64,000 nucleotides of DNA from a bacterium (GTDB lineage Bacteria; DRYD01), in assembly GCA_030549815.1 (NCBI GenBank), contig JAUQQQ010000005.1:6739-70738 (forward strand). Reading direction: 5' to 3'. Made by a program: the position numbers and the translations under genes. The notes below the pieces were generated by a model, which saw only the letters and a list, made by a program, of their open reading frames with translations, did not search any database and was not told the DNA's origin. Shown one piece after another: positions 20,098 through 29,379 of this stretch; position 1 is the stretch's first letter, and each line of letters opens with the position of its first letter.

Positions 20098-20913
20098 ATG
20101 AAAAAACTATACGATTTTATCTACAATTTGCAAAGAAAATTTCCAGACAAGGTTAATCCGAATGATAATTCCCGAGTTTGCTATTTTTTATTATGCAGTT
20201 AATTTTGTAGGAGGAGTAGTAGTTTCCACAAACAGTAATTCCAAGGTTGCAGCAATATTAAAAGAAAATTTTCCAGTTTTTTACAATCTACGGAAATCTA
20301 CAAATTTTGGGATAGTTATCTTAAATAACAAAGAAGATAACCAAAATAAAAAAAATATGGATTTAAAAAAGTTAGGCTTCAATTGATGGAAATATAAAGT
20401 AAAGATATAACGATTTGGCAGTTATAATTTATACTTTTAGGTATAATAAGATTTCCTAAAGATGCGATGTTAAATAATTACAACATAATATCAAATGTTG
20501 TTGCTGTTCAACAAGTTCTTGATTTGTTAATCGATGATGTATTCGTTGGTGCTTTACCATTATTTCATGCTTTTGGTCAAAGGTCATGTATGAACTTACC
20601 GTTATATCTTGGTTGCAGCGTGGTTTTTATTGCTAGTTTTATCCCTCAGCAAGGTTTATCCTTCTGAGGTTGAAAAAATGATATTGGGTTTTGGAGGAAT
20701 TTTAGAATGTGCTGTAATTGGGAAAAAAGATAAGGATAGAGGAGAAGTACTATTGCTTTTGTTGTTCTTCAGATAGATACGAAAGAATTGTTATCATATT
20801 TAAGGAAAAATTTGGCTCCTTACAAAGTGCCTAAAGAAATAATAATAAAAGAAAGGTTTCCAAAATCAAATACAGGTAAAGTTATGAAGAGAGAATTAGT
20901 AAAAGAAAAATAG
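20098..20913 (+). pseudogene. Fragmented long-chain acyl-CoA ligase (AMP-binding family)
   Basis: Pieces in different frames: PEFAIFYYAVNFVGGVVV, DLAVIIYT, ALPLFHAFG, ECAVIGKKDKDRGE, LAPYKVPKEI..PKSNTGKVMKREL; large deletions. Confidence 0.85.
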
Positions 20914-20919
20914 ATAAAT

Positions 20920-20944
20920 AAAAAAGGGGTGCCTGAAGCACCCC
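20920..20944 (-). terminator. Intrinsic terminator of 20973-21698 (possibly bidirectional)
   Basis: GGGGTGC-CTGAA-GCACCCC hairpin followed by a T-run on the minus strand, between convergent genes. Confidence 0.8.
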
Positions 20945-20972
20945 CCACTTTAAGTTTTAGTAAGTCCTTAGT

Positions 20973-21698
20973 TTATCCAAATCCGAATAGTTTCTTAACG
21001 CCTTCAAAAATTCCTTTACCTACCTCAACTATTCCACCAACTATACCGCCTGCTACTTTACCGATAAATCCTCCAACTGCTTGACCAAGGGCACTTCCTC
21101 CAATACTACCAACAATACCTCCAAGTAATCCACCAACCAATGTTCCAACACCTGGGAATATAGCAGTTCCTAAGGCAGCCCCGATAGATGCACCTGCTTG
21201 CCAACCAACAAATCCTCCGGCAATTCCACCTACTGTTCCACCAACAGATCCACCAATTGCCATACCATAATCTATTGCATTAGGTGGTTGTAATGGAGCA
21301 GGGAAAGGAGGTAATCCTCCAAGTGGAGGAGGAAATCCGATTGGTGGATATGGCATTCCCCCAAATGGAGGTGGAAGTGGAGAACCACAATATGGTGGGA
21401 AAGAAGGAACTCCACCAAAACCTGGGAATCCCCCACCTATCGGACCAAATATTGGTGGTTGATGGCAACCACATTGTTGTGATTGCAATAATTGAATTAG
21501 TAACATTATTAATTGTATTATAATGAATGGTGGTATTTGTGGTTGGCAACAACCACCTGGCATTATACCCATTCCTATGTTTATATTTACATTAGTTAAG
21601 TTATAAGCCCTATATGCATTTAATATTGTTTCCACTTGTTGTTGTCTTATAAGTGATAGCCAAGCTCCATCACCATACAATCCTGGTCCTGGCATCAT
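20973..21698 (-). CDS. Pro/Gly-rich protein with C-terminal glycine zipper
   Basis: AGGAGGTG RBS, own terminator; polyproline centre, then about 90 aa of GxxxG repeats. Confidence 0.8.
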   Translation of the reverse strand: MMPGPGLYGDGAWLSLIRQQQVETILNAYRAYNLTNVNINIGMGIMPGGCCQPQIPPFIIIQLIMLLIQLLQSQQCGCHQPPIFGPIGGGFPGFGGVPSFPPYCGSPLPPPFGGMPYPPIGFPPPLGGLPPFPAPLQPPNAIDYGMAIGGSVGGTVGGIAGGFVGWQAGASIGAALGTAIFPGVGTLVGGLLGGIVGSIGGSALGQAVGGFIGKVAGGIVGGIVEVGKGIFEGVKKLFGFG

Positions 21699-21775
21699 AT
21701 TTTTTCACCTCCTATTTTTTTCTTCATTATATATATAACATAAACATAAAAAAATGAAAATATTCTGAACCTTTT

Positions 21776-21792
21776 TTAACATTTTTTTTACA
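21776..21792 (-). promoter_or_regulatory. TGTAAA-N5-TGTTAA direct-repeat box
   Basis: + strand TTAACA 21776-81 and TTTACA 21787-92 in divergent intergenic region. Confidence 0.55.
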
Positions 21793-21880
21793 TTTCTATT
21801 TACTATTGTAAAATAAGTAAAGTATTCAAAAAAAAGGAAAGAGATAATGAATAGTGAAAAATATAAATGAAAAGTAAAAA

Positions 21881-22507
21881 ATGGGTAAGATTTATATTTT
21901 TCCACTGATTAATGTTGTACTAATGCCCGGAAACATAGTGGGAATAATTATTAATGATGAAAAATTATTGAATAATCTTTCATCTCATGAAAGGAAATTT
22001 ATAGCATCTTTAGTTAAAGATGAAAAAAAATTAGAGCTTAATGATTACGGATGTTTATGCGAAATAATAGGAATGCAAAAGTTATCTAAAAATACTTTTA
22101 TCTTACAATTAAAAGTATCAAAAAGAGTAAAAATAGGAAAAATAGAATTCGATGATATATACCCATTTACAGAAAATTACAAAGTATTAGAAGAAAATAT
22201 AGAAGATGATCCTATTACCAAAGAAAAGCTTCTTAGTTTAGCACAAAAATATATACCCTTCCTTAACTACGAAAACATTTCATCTTTAAGGGACAAAGAT
22301 CTATGCTCCTTAACAGATATTATCGTTTCTATAATGAAAGCTAATATAAAGATAAAACAACAATTTTTAGAAGAACCTATGTGTTTAATAAGAGCCCAAA
22401 AACTAATAGAATTATTAGAACAAATATTGAAAAGATGGCCAGGTAAAATAATTATCCTGAAAAGCTTCCTACCAAAACCATTACCAACAACCATTTACCT
22501 AACATGA
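21881..22507 (+). CDS. Stand-alone Lon N-terminal (substrate-binding) domain protein
   Basis: IFPLINVVLMPG, GCLCEI, KQQFLEE...RAQKLIELL; no AAA or protease domain. Confidence 0.8.
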   Translation: MGKIYIFPLINVVLMPGNIVGIIINDEKLLNNLSSHERKFIASLVKDEKKLELNDYGCLCEIIGMQKLSKNTFILQLKVSKRVKIGKIEFDDIYPFTENYKVLEENIEDDPITKEKLLSLAQKYIPFLNYENISSLRDKDLCSLTDIIVSIMKANIKIKQQFLEEPMCLIRAQKLIELLEQILKRWPGKIIILKSFLPKPLPTTIYLT

Positions 22508-23280
22508 TTTTAAAACAAGAAAAAGGGAAATTAATAATAAAAATAGATAAATTGGAACAAAATGAAATAATAAAAAAATTAGAAGAATTTACAGTTAAAG
22601 GATTAAAAGAGATAGCAGAAAAAAACCAAGTTATACTCGATTTAGGTGACTTGGGATTAAACGAAGATGATTTTAAAAACTTAATTAAAATTTTTTATAA
22701 CTTTTCAATCCCTATTGATTCCATAAGAAATACTAACCCTATAACTAAAATGATTTCGATAAATTATGGGATACCTGTGGATGCTCCTTCAATAATTAAT
22801 ACTCAAAATAAACTTAATCCTCGTGCTAATCCCATAAAAGATGAAATTCCTAAAATAAATAATGATAAAACAAACAAATCTCAAAATTTATCTGCACCCA
22901 CCTTGCCTAACCTAAACCAAGAAACAAATGGTATATTGATATACAGAAAAAATGTCAGGAGTGGTTCAGTACTGGAAAGTGAAAAAACAATTTTACTAAT
23001 AGGTAACGTTAATCCAGGAGCAGAAATAAAAAGTTCAAACAGTATTATAATTTTAGGTAAATTAATGGGGACAGCACACGCAGGATACCCTAATAATCCT
23101 AACGCAATCATCTTTACACTTAAACTTAAAAATCCTCTCATAAAAATAGCGGATATGGTAGCCGAATTCGATGAAGAATCTATAAAAAAACAAGTTAAAT
23201 CCAGAGAAATTTCTAACATCCTATTTTATTCAGACAATAACTCCATAAGGATGGAAATAATAAAAGAACAAAAGGAGTGA
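22504..23280 (+). CDS. minC: Septum site-determining protein MinC
   Basis: VRSG, GNVNPGAEI, GTAHAG; upstream of minD. Confidence 0.9.
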   Translation: MILKQEKGKLIIKIDKLEQNEIIKKLEEFTVKGLKEIAEKNQVILDLGDLGLNEDDFKNLIKIFYNFSIPIDSIRNTNPITKMISINYGIPVDAPSIINTQNKLNPRANPIKDEIPKINNDKTNKSQNLSAPTLPNLNQETNGILIYRKNVRSGSVLESEKTILLIGNVNPGAEIKSSNSIIILGKLMGTAHAGYPNNPNAIIFTLKLKNPLIKIADMVAEFDEESIKKQVKSREISNILFYSDNNSIRMEIIKEQKE

Positions 23281-23287
23281 AGGAAAA

Positions 23288-24103
23288 GTGGAAAAACTAA
23301 AAAGATCAATAGTCGTTACTTCAGGGAAAGGCGGAGTTGGTAAAACTACAATTACCGCCAATATAGGAGCTGCATTGGCAAATATGAACTACGGTGTTGT
23401 TTTAGTTGATGCTGACGTTGGACTTAGAAATTTAGATTTAGTATTAGGATTAGAAAATAGAATAGTTTTTGATTTACTTGATGTAATAGAAAACAGATGC
23501 AGAAGTTATAAACAAGCATTAATAAAGGATAAAAGGATAGGTAATCTTTATCTACTTCCAGCACCACAAACAAAACAAAAAGAAGACGTCCCAATAGAAA
23601 AATTCAAAGAATTAATAGAAGAAATAAGAAATGATTTTGATTTTGTTATAATAGACTGCCCTGCAGGAATAGAACACGGCTTCAAAATGTCAGCCGAAGC
23701 TGCAATCGAATCCATAGTTGTAACAACTCCCGACCTTTCGTCAATAAGAGACGCTGATAGAGTTATAGCTACTTTAGAATCTATGGAAAAAAATCCACCA
23801 AAATTGATAATTAATAGACTTAAGAAGCATATGGTAAAAAAATCTCAGATGTTATCAATTGAAGATATCCTCGAAACTTTAAATGTAGAATTATTAGGAG
23901 TTGTTCCCGATGATGAATATATAACCATCTCAACAAATAATGGAGAACCCGTAGTCTTAAACAAAACTAAACCCCTTTATAAGTATTTTCATAACATAGC
24001 TCAACGAATTATAGATCCACAAGTCGCTTTAGAAAACCCATTCAATGAAGGAAACATTTTCCAAAAATTCGCCAGCTTAGTGGGATTAAAGAAACCAAAG
24101 TAG
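23288..24103 (+). CDS. minD: Septum site-determining ATPase MinD
   Basis: SGKGGVGKTT, DADVGLRNLD, LGLENR, DCPAGIE, RDADR. Confidence 0.95.
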   Translation: MEKLKRSIVVTSGKGGVGKTTITANIGAALANMNYGVVLVDADVGLRNLDLVLGLENRIVFDLLDVIENRCRSYKQALIKDKRIGNLYLLPAPQTKQKEDVPIEKFKELIEEIRNDFDFVIIDCPAGIEHGFKMSAEAAIESIVVTTPDLSSIRDADRVIATLESMEKNPPKLIINRLKKHMVKKSQMLSIEDILETLNVELLGVVPDDEYITISTNNGEPVVLNKTKPLYKYFHNIAQRIIDPQVALENPFNEGNIFQKFASLVGLKKPK

Positions 24104-24114
24104 GAGGGAAAATA

Positions 24115-24399
24115 ATGTCTCTACCTTCCTGGCTCGAAGAATTAATAAAAGTATTCAAAAAAGAAAAAAAATCATCCAAAATAGCTAAAGAAAGACTGCA
24201 GCTAGTTATAGTCCATGATAGATCACAAGAAAAAAATGAAACAATCGAGAAATTAAAAGAAGATTTAATAGAATTACTATCAAAATACAGGGATGAAGTA
24301 GAAACAGAAGAAATGGATTTCGTTATAAAAGCTGATAACAAAAGAGTATCCTTAGTCGCATCAATACCACTAAAAACCAAAACTATTTCAAAACATTAA
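24115..24399 (+). CDS. minE: Cell division topological specificity factor
   Basis: AKERLQLVIVHDR; follows minD. Confidence 0.93.
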   Translation: MSLPSWLEELIKVFKKEKKSSKIAKERLQLVIVHDRSQEKNETIEKLKEDLIELLSKYRDEVETEEMDFVIKADNKRVSLVASIPLKTKTISKH

Positions 24400-25376
24400 T
24401 GGGAAAGTTAGAATATGCATATTCATGGCTTATAGCAATATTGGCTTTACTCGTTTCAATAAACGTGGGTTCTATACTCACATTCTTCCTCTTTTTAACT
24501 ATTTTCTCTACTTTAATAATATCTCTTATCTATCCCCTAATAATTAGAAAATATATAGAAATAGAAAGATTTTCAATACAATCAACAAACATCTACAAAG
24601 GCCAAAACTTTAAAATTAAAATCTTTATAAAAAATAACTCATCACTACCAATTATACTACTAAAAATAAAAACAAATGATAAACATTTAGAACAAAAAGA
24701 GTCAACTATTTTCTATATAGAATCTAAAAAAATAAAAGAACATACCTTAGAATTAAAAGCTATAAAAAGAGGTTTTATAGATAATTTAGAAATACTAATT
24801 AATATTAGTCTTTTCTTTGATTTATTCCCATCGATTAAAAAAAATATAAATACTTCTTTTTATATTTATCCTAACTTCTCAGCAATAAATTATACCAATA
24901 TTTTACCTTCACAAGACACAAACTTAGGATTAATATATAAATTAACAGAGGAAGGAGAATTTTTTGCAATAAGAGACTATCAATTTGACGATATAAAAAA
25001 AATATCATGGAAACATTGGGCTAAAACGGGAAAATTAGTAGTTAAACAAAAAGCACAGTACACAACCCCAAAATTATTCTTCATTATATTTAACCTATCT
25101 ACAGAAGAGTCTAAAGATGAAGAACTTGTAGAAAAAACTAATACATTTTTTAAATATCTGCTTTCACAAAATATAGAAATATATGCAACAACTTTAGAAA
25201 GACAAGATGAATACCAACACATAACAAACCTAAAGAATTCCTTAGTTTTTCTATCTAAATTGGAATTTTTAAAAAATAAAGAAATTCCAAGTAATATCAA
25301 AAAAATAAATGAAAATAACACATTCTTTATTGTTAATAAGGATCTAAATTTAAATGTCCCTAAAATAAGTTTTTAG
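24399..25376 (+). CDS. DUF58 family membrane protein
   Basis: EFFAIRDYQFDDIKKISWKHWAKTGKLVVKQ; N-terminal TMs. Confidence 0.85.
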   Translation: MGKLEYAYSWLIAILALLVSINVGSILTFFLFLTIFSTLIISLIYPLIIRKYIEIERFSIQSTNIYKGQNFKIKIFIKNNSSLPIILLKIKTNDKHLEQKESTIFYIESKKIKEHTLELKAIKRGFIDNLEILINISLFFDLFPSIKKNINTSFYIYPNFSAINYTNILPSQDTNLGLIYKLTEEGEFFAIRDYQFDDIKKISWKHWAKTGKLVVKQKAQYTTPKLFFIIFNLSTEESKDEELVEKTNTFFKYLLSQNIEIYATTLERQDEYQHITNLKNSLVFLSKLEFLKNKEIPSNIKKINENNTFFIVNKDLNLNVPKISF

Positions 25377-25411
25377 AAGTACCATTTTGTCTTAAAAAAT
25401 CATCCTAAAAA

Positions 25412-25428
25412 TGTAAAAAAAATGTAAA
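25412..25428 (+). promoter_or_regulatory. TGTAAA-N5-TGTAAA direct-repeat box
   Basis: TGTAAA 25412-17 and 25423-28, upstream of pilin cluster 1. Confidence 0.55.
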
Positions 25429-25496
25429 AAAATTTTCAATCTATTAGGGAAAAAACAAAAAATAACAAAATTTAAAATAGAGGGTGTTACTATAAA

Positions 25497-27095
25497 ATGA
25501 TAAAAAAAAAAGAAGGATTTTACCTTTACTTATGGTTAGGACTTTTTGCATTATTTATTAGTTTTTTTGGTATCGTTCTATTCAATTACGTAGGAGCGGA
25601 TATCAAAGCAACTAGGAGCATTTACCAAGACTCCAGACTCTACTATGATATAAAATCAATTCTAGTATCAATTACAGAAATATACAGAGAAAGTAACTTC
25701 AACTCCCCCAATAACCCTTCAATTCGAAGAGGACAGTATGAATACAAAAATGGATCAAAAAGATATCAAGTTGATTATGAAATCAATCCATTAAATAGCA
25801 CCCATTTACTAATTGAAATTCATGAGAATAACAAACTACGGGCAAGAGGAATTGTTAAATGGAGAGAAAACATAAGTGATTTTGCTCTTATTACAGCAAA
25901 AAATAATGAAGAGTTTAAATCAAATTCATTCTATTCTTCTGCAGCAATTTTCTCTAACACCATAACTATACCCGAAACTAACAGATTTATTTTTAATAAA
26001 GTAGTAATAAATGAAGATACAATAGTAAATGGAATAGGTCCACTTAATAACCTACAGGAAATGCAAAAATTTGCTCAATTTATCGAAATTAATAACTCTC
26101 TTAACGATATAATTCAATACTATAATCAAGTACTAAACGAAGTATATGACAAAATTGTTACACCCTTAAACTCAACATATACTTCGCAATACTCTAATGC
26201 AGGAAATGTTGTTTTAACACCATATGGAGGAATATATATCAAACGAATAAATACACTTCAAGCAATAAAAATAAACTTCTCAATTCAAAATGGTAATCAA
26301 ATCATAGAATTCTTCGGAATACAAAATAATAATATTACCGGTCGCATTGCAACATTTAAACATATATTACAAGAACCTGACGTAGTTACCTTACAAAATG
26401 GAAATGAAGTAATTTCAAATGATAATACCATAATCAATAGCATTAGATCTCATAACCCCTACATAGTAATAAACCCCATATCAAAAATATTACAACACAA
26501 TGATCTTTATACAATCTACACAAACCTAAATATGGATAACACCATAATATACAGCGAAATACCTTTAGAAATAGGAAGTGATGGTCCTGACAACCCTAAT
26601 AATGCTACAATAAACACAAAAATAATGATAATAACTCCTAACAATATTATCATCAAAAATAACATCCTTTACTCCCACTTTAATAATCTATCAAATTACA
26701 TTAATCAAATAGAAAACAATAATACAATCAATTTAAGAGATAGTAACGATCTATTACGAATAATAGCAGATAACATAACTTTTGATACATCTGAATTCCA
26801 ACAAACTGATACTAACAAAAATACAATGTGCTTGAATGGACAGTTTGTAGCAATGTTTAGTAGAAATAGTCAAGTGAGAATTACTAACCCTAGCAACATT
26901 TCCAATTTCTTCATCTTTGGATCTCTACAAGCATCACAGAGAATGAACTTTGATCAAAATTTTCAAGAAAGATATATATTAGATGGAAGACTTACTACTT
27001 TAGACCCAACTCTATCAATTATTATTGATAACATAGACAATTCTATATACCTTAATAAAGTGAGTGTCTTGGGAATAGAAATATTGAGCAAATAA
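25497..27095 (+). CDS. PilX-like minor pilin with large Asn-rich domain
   Basis: Class III signal peptide MIKKKEG|FYLYLW with hydrophobic helix lacking Glu+5; adjacent to a pilin. Confidence 0.6.
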   Translation: MIKKKEGFYLYLWLGLFALFISFFGIVLFNYVGADIKATRSIYQDSRLYYDIKSILVSITEIYRESNFNSPNNPSIRRGQYEYKNGSKRYQVDYEINPLNSTHLLIEIHENNKLRARGIVKWRENISDFALITAKNNEEFKSNSFYSSAAIFSNTITIPETNRFIFNKVVINEDTIVNGIGPLNNLQEMQKFAQFIEINNSLNDIIQYYNQVLNEVYDKIVTPLNSTYTSQYSNAGNVVLTPYGGIYIKRINTLQAIKINFSIQNGNQIIEFFGIQNNNITGRIATFKHILQEPDVVTLQNGNEVISNDNTIINSIRSHNPYIVINPISKILQHNDLYTIYTNLNMDNTIIYSEIPLEIGSDGPDNPNNATINTKIMIITPNNIIIKNNILYSHFNNLSNYINQIENNNTINLRDSNDLLRIIADNITFDTSEFQQTDTNKNTMCLNGQFVAMFSRNSQVRITNPSNISNFFIFGSLQASQRMNFDQNFQERYILDGRLTTLDPTLSIIIDNIDNSIYLNKVSVLGIEILSK

Positions 27096-27107
27096 GGGGG
27101 TGAATTT

Positions 27108-28385
27108 ATGAAAACAAAAAAAGGAATTACTATCGTTGAAGTCGTAATTAGTTTTACTATTGCTCTTATACTCATCATGTCCCTATATATGATAGTTTAC
27201 TGGGGAACTAATACAAACACCATAAACAATAAAATAATAAGAATAAACAACGCAATGACTTTTATTCAACAAGATATGCTTAATAATACACCATTGTATT
27301 TCGAATTACAATCAAACGGTTCCATAAACCCTAAGCAAAATATCAACGATATATTAAAAACAAGATTACAACAATTCAAGTTAAATGATCCCATCATCAT
27401 AAACGTGAGATTGGTAAGCTTTCAAAGAGAAAGAATAAACAATTCATTACAACAATTCAATAATATATATAGAGTAAGGATAGAAATAGAATGGATACAT
27501 AAAGGACAAAATAGACGTTATCAAACCGATTTTCTTATTAGCGACTATAGCCTAAAAAAAATCTCTTCCTCACAAGATCCCGTATCAACCAGCCTTAGGA
27601 TTAATTTACCAAATAACTACTATTCGCCCGTAATCAGAGAAACCTATGTTGATGGCATTCCTGGTGTTAATCCAGGCACTCCTTCTAGTCCAGGCACTCC
27701 TTCTGACCCAGGCACTCCTTCTGACCCAGGCACTCCTTCTGACCCAGGCACTCCTTCTGACCCAGGCACTCCTTCTGAGCCAGGCACCCCCTCTGACCCA
27801 GGTGGAGGTTTTGGAGGTGGAGGATGTTTTGAAAAAGGAACACTTATACCTGTCTGCAAAAATGGAAAAATTTTAACCAAAAATATTGAAGATATAAATG
27901 AGCAAGATTTTGTTGTATCTTTCCATAATAACCAAATTATGCCCATAAAAGTCGAAAAGTTACATGCACACGAAGGAGAATTCCAAATTGTTCAAATTCA
28001 AACCAAATCAGGATTGACCTTCAGAGCAACACATAATCATCCTGCAATAGTTAATAACTGTCTCAGAAAATTTGGAAAGCTACAAATTGGAGACTATATC
28101 ACTATTCTAAAAGATAATCAAATAATTACCGACCAGATATCCAATATATCCACACAAATAATCAAAGGTAAAGTATATTCTATTGAGATTGAATCAAATG
28201 AAAAATATTGCTATAACCACTTTATAGGAAATAATGATGCTTTTATGTTAGTAAACTGTGGTATGATGAAAATTAGTAAAGTATTAGCTAATCTATGTGT
28301 TTCAACTCTTTCATTAATTACAAGCATAGCTATAGGAACAGTAGTTAAAACCTATGGATTACCAGGAGGTTCACAAACAAAATAA
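27108..28385 (+). CDS. Type IV pilin-like protein fused to PGTPSD repeats and a Hint domain
   Basis: MKTKKG|ITIVEVV prepilin motif; Hint from C240 (CFEKGTLI) via ATHNHP and VYSIEI to LVN383/C384. Confidence 0.85.
   Translation: MKTKKGITIVEVVISFTIALILIMSLYMIVYWGTNTNTINNKIIRINNAMTFIQQDMLNNTPLYFELQSNGSINPKQNINDILKTRLQQFKLNDPIIINVRLVSFQRERINNSLQQFNNIYRVRIEIEWIHKGQNRRYQTDFLISDYSLKKISSSQDPVSTSLRINLPNNYYSPVIRETYVDGIPGVNPGTPSSPGTPSDPGTPSDPGTPSDPGTPSDPGTPSEPGTPSDPGGGFGGGGCFEKGTLIPVCKNGKILTKNIEDINEQDFVVSFHNNQIMPIKVEKLHAHEGEFQIVQIQTKSGLTFRATHNHPAIVNNCLRKFGKLQIGDYITILKDNQIITDQISNISTQIIKGKVYSIEIESNEKYCYNHFIGNNDAFMLVNCGMMKISKVLANLCVSTLSLITSIAIGTVVKTYGLPGGSQTK
27672..27797 (+). repeat. 7 x 18-bp coding tandem repeat CCAGGCACTCCTTCTGAC (PGTPSD)
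   Basis: Directly visible; 4 identical copies and 3 variants. Confidence 0.97.
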
Positions 28386-28617
28386 TAAAAAAGATACTAT
28401 AGAGAAATTCCACGTAATGATAAATTACTAAAGAAATCAATACACATCTAAACTATAACCAAAGATTCATGATCACCATTTTCATTTTTTTAACCCTTCC
28501 AGTTTTCTTTCTACACTTTTTAAAGATAATTTTAGTTTATAGATAATTTTGTATGTTTACCATGAAACATCTATTTGTTTTGATAAAAATTTATTATCTA
28601 TTAAACCTTATAAAATC

Positions 28618-28836
28618 TCAATATTTCTTTTCTAAAATTGCATTAAATTCATTTTCACAATCACAGCAACATTTGCAATAGTTACAGATTGAACATTTTA
28701 TACCATAACAATCCAAACAATCACATTCTTCTTTATTTTTGCAAGAACAGTATCCACTTTCTGTACAACATCTACAGTTGTATCCTTCGCATTTACAATT
28801 CCTACACTTACATAATAACATGATTAAGTTCATCAA
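28618..28836 (-). CDS. Small Cys-rich, metallothionein-like protein
   Basis: 19 Cys in 72 aa in CxC, CxxC and CC(C) arrangement; start codon uncertain. Confidence 0.6.
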   Translation of the reverse strand: MMNLIMLLCKCRNCKCEGYNCRCCTESGYCSCKNKEECDCLDCYGIKCSICNYCKCCCDCENEFNAILEKKY

Positions 28837-29007
28837 AAAACGTAGATTATCAACAATCCTTTCCTGATAACCTCACAATGGTTCGGACATTTTGTCATAA
28901 TAAAACCCTTCACTTTACCACTACTTTAGTGATAACCAAATTATAAATCAAACTCTTTAACCCGCACATGTATACCAGCATTCTTGCAATGATTTTATTA
29001 AAAAATT

Positions 29008-29307
29008 TTAAAAAACTATTTGTAATTTAGTTAAATTTTGTCTATGTCCTCTTTTCTTTCTGTATCTTTTTTTGGGAGTATATTTGAAGTCTACGATTTT
29101 AGGGCCTTTAAAGTGTTCTAAAACCCTGGCTTTTATAGTTTTGTTAAGATAAGGCTTACCTACTTGCAATTCTTTTCCATCATAAAAGAGTAACGTATTT
29201 TTAATTTCTATTTCTTTCCCCACTTCTTCATCTATTTTTTCAGTAGTGATTACTTGCCCATTTTCTACTTTGTATTGATGTCCTTTCACCTCTATTATTG
29301 CAAACAC
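29008..29307 (-). CDS. rplU: 50S ribosomal protein L21
   Basis: FAIIEVKGHQYKV...KKRGHRQNLT; GTG start after AGGAG. Confidence 0.95.
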   Translation of the reverse strand: MFAIIEVKGHQYKVENGQVITTEKIDEEVGKEIEIKNTLLFYDGKELQVGKPYLNKTIKARVLEHFKGPKIVDFKYTPKKRYRKKRGHRQNLTKLQIVF

Positions 29308-29379
29308 GCTTACCACTCCTTAACTTTTGGGTTCTATTAATAACAATTCTATAATCTTCCAAAACTGTCCTTCTTTAAT

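Noticed and set aside
21705-21905. 66-aa hydrophobic ORF
   Set aside because: Spans an AT-rich divergent promoter region and overlaps the LonN gene start; likely spurious
27672-27797. Possible CRISPR array
   Set aside because: Contiguous 18-mers without spacers, in frame within a CDS; no cas genes
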